DNA from: an uncultured Acidobacteriota bacterium
Lineage (GTDB): Bacteria > Acidobacteriota > Vicinamibacteria > Fen-336
DNA length: 64,000 bases
Reading direction: 5' to 3'
NCBI GenBank assembly: GCA_963823195.1
Contig: CAWGKR010000001.1
Coordinates: 38,559 to 102,558, forward strand
This document shows, piece by piece, positions 39,610 to 49,355 of this stretch. The first letter of the stretch is position 1. Every line of letters starts with the position of its first letter. The notes under the pieces were generated by a model. The model had not been told where the DNA came from, made no database searches, and saw only the letters and a list, made by a program, of their open reading frames with translations. The position numbers and the translations under genes are program-made.

Positions 39610-40905
39610 CTACGGACGCGCGGGGGCCGGCGACGGCACGGGGGGCAGGCCCAGGCGCACGGCCTCCTTGTCCACCGCTGCAAGGAAATCGTTGACGCGG
39701 GGCAGGCGCTTCCCGTTGATGAAGACCGTGGGGGTGGCCTTGACGCCAACTTGTTCAGCCTCCTGGACTTCGTCGGCCAGCCGCGCCTTCGTTTCGGGGG
39801 CCTCGAGGCACGCTTCGAGGCCCGGGGCCGCGAGGCCCGCGCCCGCGGCCAGTCGCGTGACGTCGTCCCGGCTCATCGGGCGGGCCGGCGCGGCGTAGAC
39901 CGCGTCTTGATAAGCCGCCAGCCGCCCCTGCTGCTGCGCGCAGATCGCCCCCAGGGCCAGGAAGCAGGCGCCTTCGTGCACGGTGTTTTGGAGCTTCGGG
40001 TTGCAGGTCTTGTCGAGTGGGTAGTTCTTGTAGAAGATCGCTACCCGCCCCTGGGACCTGGGGAGGTACTCCTTGAAGCCGCCGGCCAGGGCTCGACAAA
40101 ACGGGCACAGGTAATCGGAGAACTCGACGACGCGAACGGGCGCGTTGGCCGGGCCCGAGAAGGGCGTCTTGGTCAGGTTCAGGGCCTGGGGGACGGCGTC
40201 CTCGAAGTCCTTGATGGCTTTGTCGGTGACGTACTGCTCCCGCTTCTGGGGGTCGTCGAGGATCTCCTTCAGGCGACGTGCCTCCTCGGCGCCGGCCTGC
40301 GCCGTGGCCGGCTCTCCCAGGAGCCCCGCCGTGCGCCGCGCCTCCCGGTAGACCAGGGTCATGTTCGCGGCCAGGATGGACGCGGCGATCGCCCCGCTCG
40401 TCAACCCCCAACCGGCCACCACGAGGCGCCCGTCGGTCCTGAACAGCGCGGCCCATGACGTCGGGCGCCGGGAGACGGGCCACAGGACCAGGAGCGCGGC
40501 CAGGTTCACGACGTAGGTCGCGATGCAGAGCCTGCAGAAGGCCTTGATCGAGAACGCCTGGATGCCGAGCAGCACAATGTCGGTCGTCAGGGCGGCCAAG
40601 AGCCCCAAGACGGCCAGCCCGCCCGCGACCCCGAGGGTCTCGGGGTCCGCCACCAGCGCGAGGACCAGGAGGGCGGCCAGGGAGACGTAGAAGAAGAGGC
40701 CCACGGCCGCCAGCGGCACGCCCCCGACCACGGAGTAGGCGCTCCGCGCCACGGTCTCGCACCCGCTCTGGCTGCCCGCGCCGCAGACCGCCTCCACCGC
40801 CGCGACGGCCGGGCCTTCGCCGTAGTGTTGAAGGAGGAGGAGGCCGGAGAGGGCGGCACCGAGGAGCAGGAGGAGGAAGGCGAGGGCCGCGCGCCGCTGG
40901 TCCAT
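39610..40905 (-). CDS. VKOR-DsbA (thioredoxin) fusion protein
   Basis: VKOR loop C..SGCETV..S..GGVP, CxxC FCRLC; DsbA FSDYLCPFC and cis-Pro ATPT. Confidence 0.88.
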   Translation of the reverse strand: MDQRRAALAFLLLLLGAALSGLLLLQHYGEGPAVAAVEAVCGAGSQSGCETVARSAYSVVGGVPLAAVGLFFYVSLAALLVLALVADPETLGVAGGLAVLGLLAALTTDIVLLGIQAFSIKAFCRLCIATYVVNLAALLVLWPVSRRPTSWAALFRTDGRLVVAGWGLTSGAIAASILAANMTLVYREARRTAGLLGEPATAQAGAEEARRLKEILDDPQKREQYVTDKAIKDFEDAVPQALNLTKTPFSGPANAPVRVVEFSDYLCPFCRALAGGFKEYLPRSQGRVAIFYKNYPLDKTCNPKLQNTVHEGACFLALGAICAQQQGRLAAYQDAVYAAPARPMSRDDVTRLAAGAGLAAPGLEACLEAPETKARLADEVQEAEQVGVKATPTVFINGKRLPRVNDFLAAVDKEAVRLGLPPVPSPAPARP

Positions 40906-40945
40906 TCAGGGACGATCATACTAGACTTCCGACCGGCACCTGATC

Positions 40946-41935
40946 ATGGACGTCCGCATCCTGTTCGAGCGAGAGATCCGCCGGCTCATCGGGCCGCGCG
41001 AGGCCCTCGGTGCCGTCCGCGAAGCCTTTGCGCGCCTGGCCCGAGGAGAGGCGACCCTCCCCGGCGTGATCGGCCTCGACGTTCCCGGGCACCAGGGCGA
41101 GGTCCACGTGAAAGGGGCGCACCTGCACGGTTCCCGCTTCTTCTCGATCAAGACCGCCGCCGGCTTCTACGCCAACGTGGCGCGGGGGCTGCCCATGGCC
41201 AGCGGCCACGTGATGGTCTTCGACGCCGAAACGGGATTCCTTCGCGCGATCCTCTTCGACAACGCCTACCTCACGGAGCTGCGCACCGGCGCCGCGGGGG
41301 CCCTGTCGGCCGACCTCCTGGCAAGGCGGGAAGTCGACCGTGTCGCACTGCTCGGGTACGGGAGCCAGTCGCGCTACCAGCTCGAGGCGCTTCTCCTCGT
41401 TCGACGGCCGCGCCGAGTGGTCGTCTGGGGGCCGTCGGAGACGCGCGCGACCGCCGCCGCCCGCGAGATGGAGGATCGCTTCGGCCTGCCGGTGAGTGCG
41501 GTGCCCACCGGCCGCGAGGCGGCCGAGGGGAGCGACGTCATCGTGACGACCACGCCGTCCCACGAGCCGATCCTGCGCGCCGAATGGGTCGAGCCCGGCA
41601 CCCACGTCACGGCCGTGGGCTCCGACGGCCCCGACAAGCAGGAGCTGGATCCCGCCCTCCTGTCCAGGGCCGACAAGGTCGTGGCCGATCGTCTCGAGCA
41701 GTGCCTGCGCCTGGGCGAGATCCACCACGCCGTCGCCACCGGGGCCCTGACCCCCGCGGCCGTATACGGCGAGCTCGGCGAGCTGGCCGCGGGGCTCAAG
41801 GCCGGGCGTGCTTCCGAGGACGAGATCACCATCGCGGACCTGACGGGCGTGGGGATCCAGGACGCGGCGGTGGCCGACGTCGTCGTGGCGCTGGCCCTGG
41901 AGCGGGGGCTCGGCGAGACCTTGAGCGTCCCGTAG
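40946..41935 (+). CDS. Ornithine cyclodeaminase / mu-crystallin family
   Basis: LTELRTGAAG, LLGYGSQ, HVTAVGSD, DLTGVGIQD. Confidence 0.9.
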   Translation: MDVRILFEREIRRLIGPREALGAVREAFARLARGEATLPGVIGLDVPGHQGEVHVKGAHLHGSRFFSIKTAAGFYANVARGLPMASGHVMVFDAETGFLRAILFDNAYLTELRTGAAGALSADLLARREVDRVALLGYGSQSRYQLEALLLVRRPRRVVVWGPSETRATAAAREMEDRFGLPVSAVPTGREAAEGSDVIVTTTPSHEPILRAEWVEPGTHVTAVGSDGPDKQELDPALLSRADKVVADRLEQCLRLGEIHHAVATGALTPAAVYGELGELAAGLKAGRASEDEITIADLTGVGIQDAAVADVVVALALERGLGETLSVP

Positions 41936-42019
41936 GACGGGTCGCCCGGGAGTCGTGCTTTCGCAAAGCGTCCCTTTTCGGATTACGGTAGGGGCTTGAT
42001 CTTGGTCAAGGAGTCACCC

Positions 42020-44077
42020 ATGAGCGATACCCGGGCTACGGGCCACTGGATCCTCGCCGCGGCTTGCGGCCTCGTCTGCAGCCTGCCGGCCACCGCGGCG
42101 GAACCCCTTCCTCCCGCCTCCACCTCCGCACCGGGGTTCGACGTGGCTTCACTCGATCGCTCGGCCGACGTCTGCAGCGACTTCTACCAGTTCGCCTGCG
42201 GTGGCTGGCTCAAGGCCAACCCCATACCCGCCGACCAGTCGTCGTGGGGGCGCTTCAACGAGCTGGCCGAGCGCAACAAGAGCACGCTGAAGGACATCCT
42301 CGAGAAGGCGTCGTCCGGGGGGGCGAGCCGGGCGCCGATCGACCAGAAGATCGGGGACTTCTACGCGAGCTGCATGGACGAGGCGGCTGTCGAGAAGCTG
42401 GGCGTCGGCGCCCTCAAGCCCGAGCTGGACCGCGTGGCGGCCCTGACGGCCAAGACCGAGCTTCCCGAGCTGGTGGCCCATCTCCACGCCTCGGGGGTCG
42501 GCGTGCTGTTCGCGTTCGGCTCCACCCAGGACTTCAAGGACCCGAAGTCGGTGATCGCCGACGCCGACCAGGGTGGACTGGGCCTGCCGGAGCGGGACTA
42601 CTACTTCAAGGACGACGCGAAGTCGGTGGAGCTTCGGAAGGGATACGTGGCCCACGTCGAGCGGATGTTCCAGCTCCTGGGCGACGCCCCCGACAAGGCC
42701 GCCGCCGGCGCCAAGACCGTGATGGACTTGGAGACGGCCCTCGCCAAGGCCTCCCTCGGCGTCGTGGCCCGGCGTGATCCCGATAACCTGTACCACAAGA
42801 TGGCGCTGGGCGCGCTGGCCGCGATCAGCCCGAGCTTCGACTGGGGGCGGTACGTCAAGGCCACGGCCGCGCCGCCCGTCGAGAACCTCAACGTCGACGT
42901 TCCCGACTTCGTCAAGGGCCTCGAGGAGCAGGTCAAGACCGTGGGCCTGGAGCAGTGGAAGACGTACCTCCGATGGCACCTCGTTCACGAGGCCGCGCCG
43001 GCCCTCTCGTCGGCGTTCGTGGCCGAGAACTTCGCCTTCTACGGCAAGGCGCTGACGGGCGCCAAGGAGCTGCGGCCCCGCTGGAAGCGCTGCGTCGACT
43101 TCGCCGACAACTCGCTGGGAGAAGCCCTCGGCCAGAAGTACGTCGAGGAGACCTTCGGCGCCGACGGCAAGGCGCGAATGTCGAAGATGGTGGCGGCGCT
43201 CGAGAAGGCCCTCGATCAGGACCTGAAGGACCTTCCCTGGATGACCGACGTCACGAAGAAGCAGGCCCTCGGGAAGCTGAACGCGATCGCCAACAAGATC
43301 GGCTATCCCGACAGGTGGCGCGACTACTCGCCGGTCCAGATCACCCGGGGAGATTTCGTGGGCAACCTCGACCGCGCCGCGGCCTTCGAGACGAAGCGGC
43401 AGCTCGCGAAGATCGGCAAGCCGCTGGATCGGGGAGAGTGGGGGATGACGCCGCCGACGGTCAACGCCTACTACAACCCGCTGATGAACGACATCAACTT
43501 CCCGGCCGGCATCCTCCAGCCGCCGTTCTTCGACAAGAAGATGGACGACGGCGTCAACTTCGGCGCCATCGGCTCCGTGATCGGCCACGAGATCACCCAC
43601 GGGTTCGACGACCAGGGACGGCGGTTCGCGGCCGACGGCAGCCTCACCGACTGGTGGACCGAGGCCGACGCCAAGGAGTTCGAGAAGCGGGCGGACTGCA
43701 TCGCCCAGCAGTACGGCGGGTACGTCGCCGTCGACGACGTCAAGCTGAACGGCAAGCTGACCCTTGGCGAGAACGCCGCAGACAGCGGCGGGACCCGCAT
43801 CGCCTACATGGCGCTCATGCAGACGCTGGCCGAGGCGGACAGGGGACGGACCATCGACGGGTTCTCCCCCGAGCAGCGTTTCTTCCTGGGCTGGGGGCAG
43901 ATCTGGTGCCAGAACCGGACGCCGGAGATCGAGCGTCTCCGCGCGCAGACCGATCCGCACTCGCCGGGGAAGTACCGGGTGAACGGCGTGTTCGCCAACA
44001 TGCCCGAGTTCCAGAAGGCCTTCGGCTGCAAGGCGGGCTCGCCGATGGTGCGCGAGAACGCGTGCCGGGTCTGGTAG
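42020..44077 (+). CDS. M13 family (PepO/neprilysin-like) zinc endopeptidase, secreted
   Basis: DFYQFACGGW, VNAYY, FPAGILQPPFF, GHEITHGFDD, GENAAD. Confidence 0.95.
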   Translation: MSDTRATGHWILAAACGLVCSLPATAAEPLPPASTSAPGFDVASLDRSADVCSDFYQFACGGWLKANPIPADQSSWGRFNELAERNKSTLKDILEKASSGGASRAPIDQKIGDFYASCMDEAAVEKLGVGALKPELDRVAALTAKTELPELVAHLHASGVGVLFAFGSTQDFKDPKSVIADADQGGLGLPERDYYFKDDAKSVELRKGYVAHVERMFQLLGDAPDKAAAGAKTVMDLETALAKASLGVVARRDPDNLYHKMALGALAAISPSFDWGRYVKATAAPPVENLNVDVPDFVKGLEEQVKTVGLEQWKTYLRWHLVHEAAPALSSAFVAENFAFYGKALTGAKELRPRWKRCVDFADNSLGEALGQKYVEETFGADGKARMSKMVAALEKALDQDLKDLPWMTDVTKKQALGKLNAIANKIGYPDRWRDYSPVQITRGDFVGNLDRAAAFETKRQLAKIGKPLDRGEWGMTPPTVNAYYNPLMNDINFPAGILQPPFFDKKMDDGVNFGAIGSVIGHEITHGFDDQGRRFAADGSLTDWWTEADAKEFEKRADCIAQQYGGYVAVDDVKLNGKLTLGENAADSGGTRIAYMALMQTLAEADRGRTIDGFSPEQRFFLGWGQIWCQNRTPEIERLRAQTDPHSPGKYRVNGVFANMPEFQKAFGCKAGSPMVRENACRVW

Positions 44078-44079
44078 CC

Positions 44080-45111
44080 ATGGGAACCATTCCGGGCCTG
44101 CTCTTCGCAGCCGCGCTCGTCGCGCCGACCGCCCTGGCCGGCGATGCGACCGAAGCGCCCGCCCCCGCGACCGTCGTGGCCACGATCGGCGGCGCGCCTG
44201 TCACCCGCGGGGAGCTCGAGGAGGTGGCGGCGGCCAAGCTGCTCCCGATACGGACCGAGGCCTGGAACGCCGAGGTGCGGATCCTCCACGATCTGGTGGG
44301 CGACCGCCTGCTGGCGCAAGAGGCGGCGGTCCGGAAGGTGTCGGTCGACGAGCTGTTGAAGGCCGAGGTGTCGGACAAGGTCACGGCCGTCACCGACGCG
44401 GAGGTGAACGCCAGCTACGAGGGGATCAAGGACCGCTACAAGGAGAAGACGGAAACGGAGCTGAAGGGGCTCATCGCCGACAGCCTGCGGCAGCAGCGAG
44501 AGGGTGCGCGGCGCAGCGAGTACCTCCGGGACCTGCGGGACCGCGTCGGCGTTCGTGTCTTCCTCGAGCCGCCCCGTGCCACGGTCGCCGAGGGAGGAGG
44601 CGCCGCGAAGGGTCCGAAGGACGCCCCGGTGACGATCGTGGAGTTCTCGGATTTCCAGTGCCCTTACTGCGCGCGCGTGGGTCCGGCCATGAAACGGCTC
44701 GAGGAGACCTACGGCGACCGGCTCCGTATCGTCTTCCGGAACTATCCGCTCCCGATCCACCCGAACGCGCCCAAGGCCGCCGAGGCCGCCCTCTGCGCCC
44801 GGGACCAGGGGAAGTTCTGGGAGATGCACGACAAGCTCTTCGCCAACCAGCAGAAGCTCCAGGTGGCCGAGCTCAAGACGACCGGTGCCGAGATCGGCCT
44901 CGACCCGCAGGCCTTCGCCCAGTGCCTCGATTCGGGGAAACACGAGGCCGCCCTGCGCGCCGACGAAGAAGAGGGGACCGCCTACGGGGTCTCGGGGACG
45001 CCCGCCTTCTTCATCAACGGCCGCTTCGTCTCCGGCGCCCAGCCCTACGAGAACTTCGCCCAGATCGTCGACGACGAGCTCCAGCGCAAAGGCGTCGCCA
45101 AGGCCAAGTAG
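44080..45111 (+). CDS. Secreted DsbA-like oxidoreductase with N-terminal SurA-like helical domain
   Basis: Signal peptide; FSDFQCPYC; GVSGTPAFFING. Confidence 0.85.
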   Translation: MGTIPGLLFAAALVAPTALAGDATEAPAPATVVATIGGAPVTRGELEEVAAAKLLPIRTEAWNAEVRILHDLVGDRLLAQEAAVRKVSVDELLKAEVSDKVTAVTDAEVNASYEGIKDRYKEKTETELKGLIADSLRQQREGARRSEYLRDLRDRVGVRVFLEPPRATVAEGGGAAKGPKDAPVTIVEFSDFQCPYCARVGPAMKRLEETYGDRLRIVFRNYPLPIHPNAPKAAEAALCARDQGKFWEMHDKLFANQQKLQVAELKTTGAEIGLDPQAFAQCLDSGKHEAALRADEEEGTAYGVSGTPAFFINGRFVSGAQPYENFAQIVDDELQRKGVAKAK

Positions 45112-45134
45112 GGCGCTGACCTGGACCGCTACGG

Positions 45135-45260
45135 GCTGCGAGAAGCGAGCGGTGCTACCAGTCAGGCGCCACTGTACGACTGCGAGCGAAGCGGAATTCA
45201 CTTCAGCGTAGCGAGCGGGGTTTCAAGGGGGGGCGACGCAGCGCCCCTTTGCCTAATTAA
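45135..45260. repeat. REP/MITE-like intergenic element with GC hairpin
   Basis: CGAGCG(A/T)AGCG-like motifs and hairpin GGGGCG-acgcag-CGCCCC between convergent genes; single copy in window. Confidence 0.4.
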
Positions 45261-45964
45261 GTCTCAAGCGAGAACGGCGTGAAGTTCGTGTTGCGGTCGT
45301 AGTAGTCCTCGTGCTCGGCGCGCTTCAGGAAGTTCACCACGCGGTACGTCACGGGCGTGTTCACGACCTCCCAGCCCACCTTGAGGAGGTAGTTGCCGAG
45401 CATGACCTGGAGGACCAGCTCCCGGGGCCACAACCCCAGGAACGCCATCGGGTAGAAGATCAGGGAGTCCACGGCCTCCCCGACGATCGTGGAGCCGATC
45501 GTGCGCATCCACAGGTAGCGGCCGTTCGTGAGGAGCTTCATCTTGGCGAGGACGAAGGAGTTGCAGAACTCACCGGAGAAGTAGGCCACGAGGGACGCGA
45601 GGATGATGCGCCAGGTGGAACCGAAGACGTTCTCGATGGCGGTCTGCCCGGTCCAGCCCGGGGCGGGCGGGAAGCGCAGGACGACGGCGATCATGAACGC
45701 GGAGAACACCAGCGCGCCGAAACCCGACCAGACGACCTTGCGGGCCCTCGCGTAGCCGTAGACCTCGGTCAGCACGTCCCCGAAGATGTAGCTGATGGGG
45801 AAGAACAGCACGCCGGCGGTGAACGTGTAGGGATAGCCGAAGACGTGAACCTGGCAGGCTTTCGCCGCCCCGATCAGGTTCGAGCAGAGCAGCACGGTGA
45901 CGAACGCCGCCATCACGAGGTCGTAGTACTTGTAGGTCCGTGGTGCTTCGTCCGGTGTGGCCAT
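45257..45964 (-). CDS. yhhQ: Queuosine precursor transporter (VUT/DUF165)
   Basis: LLCSNLIG, FPISYIFGDVLTEVYGY, STIVGEAVDS, LKVGWE. Confidence 0.9.
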   Translation of the reverse strand: MATPDEAPRTYKYYDLVMAAFVTVLLCSNLIGAAKACQVHVFGYPYTFTAGVLFFPISYIFGDVLTEVYGYARARKVVWSGFGALVFSAFMIAVVLRFPPAPGWTGQTAIENVFGSTWRIILASLVAYFSGEFCNSFVLAKMKLLTNGRYLWMRTIGSTIVGEAVDSLIFYPMAFLGLWPRELVLQVMLGNYLLKVGWEVVNTPVTYRVVNFLKRAEHEDYYDRNTNFTPFSLET

Positions 45965-46043
45965 GGCTCGACGCTCCCGCAGAGACGTCTCTGATCGGCC
46001 GGGACTCTACGCCATGGGTGCGGCGATCACAACTGTAACGGGC

Positions 46044-46340
46044 TCAGGCCTTCTTCCTGCTGCTGCGCCGGGCGGGCCGGGGCGCCGCCTTTGGGGCGGC
46101 CTCCGTCGCGCGCTCGACCTCGATGGTGCACTCGCTGAGCAGCGCCGCCACGGCCCCCACCGCCGCCAGGGCGGGCGCCGCCAGCGCGCCCACCACCCCC
46201 ACGGTCATCGGGAACTCCACCACCGTCTTGGAGCCCTGCTTGATGACGACGCGGCGGACGTTGCCCTCGTGCAGGATCTGCTTCACGCTCTTCAGCAGGT
46301 CGTCTCCCTTGACCTTGAAGGTCTGCCAGGTCTGGCTCAC
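46044..46340 (-). CDS. DUF4342-like protein
   Basis: KVKGDDLLKSVKQILHEGNVRRVVIK..MTVGVVGALAAP..CTIEVER. Confidence 0.8.
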   Translation of the reverse strand: MSQTWQTFKVKGDDLLKSVKQILHEGNVRRVVIKQGSKTVVEFPMTVGVVGALAAPALAAVGAVAALLSECTIEVERATEAAPKAAPRPARRSSRKKA

Positions 46341-46401
46341 GTGGGCCTCCTCTTCGTAGCTGTCTACGAGTCGCGGGCGCCGAAAGTTCGACGAGGCGGC
46401 T

Positions 46402-46854
46402 CTATGGCAGGTGAACCGTAGCGTCGGCTGCGACGGCCTCGCACGCCCTCGCGGCGTGCGCCTTCATGCTGAACTCGCTGTGGAACGCGAGGCGAACCTT
46501 CGTGCTCCGGCCGATCACGTAGGTGACGCGCTGTGCCAGGCCGACGACGGGCCACCGCACGCCGTACGCGCGGAGGATCTCGCCCTTCGGATCGCCGACG
46601 AGCGGGAACGGCAGGTCCAGGCTGGCCCGGAAGCGGTCGTTGGTGTCCTGGGTGTCCTGCGACACGCCCACGACGTCGCACCCGGACCGCTGGAGGTTCG
46701 CGAACTCCATTCGGAAGATCCCCGCCTCCCGCGCGCAGCCGGGGGTGAAGGCCATGGGGAAGAAGAACACCACCGCCGATTTCTGTTCGAGGAGCTTGTA
46801 CAGGGAGCCGCCCGGGATGGAGAAGTCGGGAGCGACTTGGCCAGCCTTCAACAT
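46402..46854 (-). CDS. bcp: Peroxiredoxin (BCP/PrxQ)
   Basis: APDF, FFPMAFTPGCAREA, GVSQD, RVTYVI; start at ATG 46854. Confidence 0.85.
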   Translation of the reverse strand: MLKAGQVAPDFSIPGGSLYKLLEQKSAVVFFFPMAFTPGCAREAGIFRMEFANLQRSGCDVVGVSQDTQDTNDRFRASLDLPFPLVGDPKGEILRAYGVRWPVVGLAQRVTYVIGRSTKVRLAFHSEFSMKAHAARACEAVAADATVHLP

Positions 46855-46874
46855 GAGCCGGGCCCTCGACCGAA

Positions 46875-46949
46875 TGGTGGGCGCTGTAGGATTTGAACCT
46901 ACGACTTCCACCGTGTGAAGGTGGCACTCTACCGCTGAGTTAAGCGCCC
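46875..46949 (-). tRNA. tRNA-Val (CAC)
   Basis: GGGCGCTTAACTCAGCGGTAGAGTGCCACCTTCACACGGTGGAAGTCGTAGGTTCAAATCCTACAGCGCCCACCA; cloverleaf, encoded CCA. Confidence 0.97.
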
Positions 46950-46962
46950 GACAGCAAGAGCG

Positions 46963-46992
46963 AGTCTAGCGGCCCCCTCCCGGGGGCGTCAA
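46963..46992 (-). promoter_or_regulatory. sigma70-type promoter of tRNA-Val
   Basis: TTGACG (46987-46992), 18 nt, TAGACT (46963-46968). Confidence 0.75.
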
Positions 46993-47008
46993 GCTCCCGG
47001 GGGCCGGG

Positions 47009-49300
47009 TCAGTGCGCGTGGCAGACCTCGGTGGGCTCGGTCCCCGCGATGAACGCCTCGGAGATCGTCTTGGTGCAGCTCGGACCCGCGAGGAGACCCG
47101 TCTCCTTGTCGATGTCGACGAAGACGACGTTCTCGCCGGGGACCTCGAAGGGGCGCGACTTGGTCCCGGCGGTCGCGGACTTCATGAAGTCCACCCAGAT
47201 GGGAAGGGCCGCTCGCGCGCCCGAGAGGTTGATGGGGGTGTTGTCGTCGTATCCCACCCAGACGACGCAGAGCAGATCGGGCGTGTACCCGGCGAACCAC
47301 GCGTCCCGGAGGTCGTTGGTCGTTCCCGTCTTCCCGGCGGCGTCGGCGGTGAAGCCGAGGGTGCGGGCCGAGGCCGCGGTCCCCTCGTTCAGGACGCTGC
47401 GCAGCATGTTCGTCACCAGGAACGCCGTCTCGGGGTGGATCACCTGGGCGGGCGGCTTCGGGTTGTGCTGCTCCAGGGTCTCGCTCTTGTCGTTCACGAC
47501 CTTGAGGACCGCGACAGGGTCGATCTTCAGGCCGCCGTTGGCGAGGACGTTGTAGGCGGTGGCCATCTCGAGGGGCGTCGCCTCGAAGGCGCCCAGGGCC
47601 ACGGCGGGGTAGGGCTTGATCGTCGCCCCGATGCCGAGCTTCTTGGACCAGAGGGCCGCGACGCGATCGTATCCGACCATCTCCGCCACCTTCACCGTCG
47701 CGACGTTCAGGCTCTTGGACAGCGCGCGCCTGAGGGTCACGTTCCCCAGGTACTCATCCTCGTAGTTCTGGGGTGTGTACTCCTTGTCCTCGAAGAAGAA
47801 GACCGCCGGCGTGTCCTCGACCACCGTGGCGGGCGTGATGGGGGGAAGGGCCGGGTCGTCGAACGCGGCCTCGAAGGCGGCGAGGTAGACGAAGGGCTTG
47901 AAGGTGCTGCCGGGCTGCCGCCGCGCCTGGATCACGCGGTTGTACTGGCTGGCCCCGTAGGAGCGCCCGCCCACGAGAGCGAGGATCGACCCCGTCTTCG
48001 GCTCGAGGACGATGACGCACCCCTGGACCGGCGGCCCCGCCGTCTTGCGCTTGGCCATCTTCTCGATGTTCGTCAGCCCGGTCGCGAGGGCCTGTTGCGC
48101 CAGGGACTGGAGGTGGAGGTCCAGTGACGTGTAGATCGAAAGGTTCTGGGTGGTGAGGTCCTTGCTGTCGTAGTGCTGCTCGAGCTGGGTGCTCACAAGG
48201 TCCACGAAGTACGGCGCCTCGGCGCTGTCGAGTGTCGGCGATTCCACTCGGAGGGGCTGCGTGAGGGCCGCGTCCATCGTGGCCTCCTCGATGAACCCCG
48301 ACTCGCGCATCGCCTTGATCACCTGGTTGCGGCGCTCGACGGCTCGCTGCGGGTGGCGGTACGGGTTGTACGGGTTCGGCGACTGGATCATCCCGGCGAG
48401 GAGCGCCGCCTCGGTGAGCGCGAGGTTCCCGACGTCCTTGTGGAAGTACATGCGGGAAGCCTCGCCGACGCCGTTGATGCTGAAGGAGCCCGCCTGCCCC
48501 AGGTAGATCTCGTTCAGGTACAGCTCCAGGATCTCCTGCTTGGTGGCGCGCCGCTCCAGGACGAACGCCAGGAGGGCCTCCGACGCCTTGCGCTTCATGG
48601 ACTTCTCGGGGGTCAGGAAGAAGTTCTTCACCAGCTGCTGCGTGATGGTGCTGCCGCCCTGGATGTAGCTCTCGGCCCGCACGTTGCGCACCGCGGCGCC
48701 GATGATGCGCATGGGGTCCAGGCCGGGATGGCTGAAGAAGCGGCGGTCCTCGATGGCCAGCACGGCCTTCACCAGCGTGTCGGGGAGCTCCTCGTACTTG
48801 ACGTAGCGCCGCTTCTCGCGGCTCTGGTCGAAGAGGTAGGTGATGAGCTCCGGCTCCAGCGTCTGCGTGGCGTAGCGCTTCTTGGATTTCTGGCCGCGCA
48901 TCTCCTTCACGTGGTCCTTCTCGAAGGCCACGGTCACGGGCTCTGAGGCGGAGTCGGTGCTGGAGCGGGGGAGCAGTGTGACCGACTTGTCCCCCGGCGT
49001 GAACTCTCCAGGGGCGGCCGGCACCTCGTGCTGCTCGTACTTGAGGTTGTTCAGCACCTTCAGCAGGTCGGCCTGCGAGAGCACAAGGCCGTCCCGGAGG
49101 ACCAGCGGCCGGGCGAACAGCCGGGATGGCACCATCCACCGCTCGCCCTTGAGGCGGCGATCCACGAGCGCGCCGTACTTCACGTACTGGTAGATGAGCG
49201 CCGACACGCCCAGGACGAAAGGGAGCGTGACGACGGTGAGGAGGAGTGCGACGACACGCAGGCGCGTCGTCGAGTAGATCTGACGGCCGGGCTCGCCCAA
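47009..49300 (-). CDS. Class A penicillin-binding protein (PBP1A/1B; transglycosylase + transpeptidase)
   Basis: AIEDRRF, GGSTITQQLVKN, RKASE, QPGSTFKP, SLN, GKTGT. Confidence 0.95.
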   Translation of the reverse strand: MGEPGRQIYSTTRLRVVALLLTVVTLPFVLGVSALIYQYVKYGALVDRRLKGERWMVPSRLFARPLVLRDGLVLSQADLLKVLNNLKYEQHEVPAAPGEFTPGDKSVTLLPRSSTDSASEPVTVAFEKDHVKEMRGQKSKKRYATQTLEPELITYLFDQSREKRRYVKYEELPDTLVKAVLAIEDRRFFSHPGLDPMRIIGAAVRNVRAESYIQGGSTITQQLVKNFFLTPEKSMKRKASEALLAFVLERRATKQEILELYLNEIYLGQAGSFSINGVGEASRMYFHKDVGNLALTEAALLAGMIQSPNPYNPYRHPQRAVERRNQVIKAMRESGFIEEATMDAALTQPLRVESPTLDSAEAPYFVDLVSTQLEQHYDSKDLTTQNLSIYTSLDLHLQSLAQQALATGLTNIEKMAKRKTAGPPVQGCVIVLEPKTGSILALVGGRSYGASQYNRVIQARRQPGSTFKPFVYLAAFEAAFDDPALPPITPATVVEDTPAVFFFEDKEYTPQNYEDEYLGNVTLRRALSKSLNVATVKVAEMVGYDRVAALWSKKLGIGATIKPYPAVALGAFEATPLEMATAYNVLANGGLKIDPVAVLKVVNDKSETLEQHNPKPPAQVIHPETAFLVTNMLRSVLNEGTAASARTLGFTADAAGKTGTTNDLRDAWFAGYTPDLLCVVWVGYDDNTPINLSGARAALPIWVDFMKSATAGTKSRPFEVPGENVVFVDIDKETGLLAGPSCTKTISEAFIAGTEPTEVCHAH

Positions 49301-49355
49301 ATCGATTCGATTATATCGAGTTTGCGCCGCGCTCCCCGGCGAGCACGGCGGCGCG

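Noticed and set aside
45965-46043. preQ1 riboswitch upstream of yhhQ
   Set aside because: No recognisable preQ1 stem or A-rich tail by eye.
46855-46911. Longer start for the peroxiredoxin ORF
   Set aside because: It overlaps tRNA-Val; ATG 46854 fits the Bcp N-terminus.
46875-46949. tRNA-Val as an integration site
   Set aside because: No integrase and no duplicated tRNA 3' end in the window; flanks are housekeeping genes.
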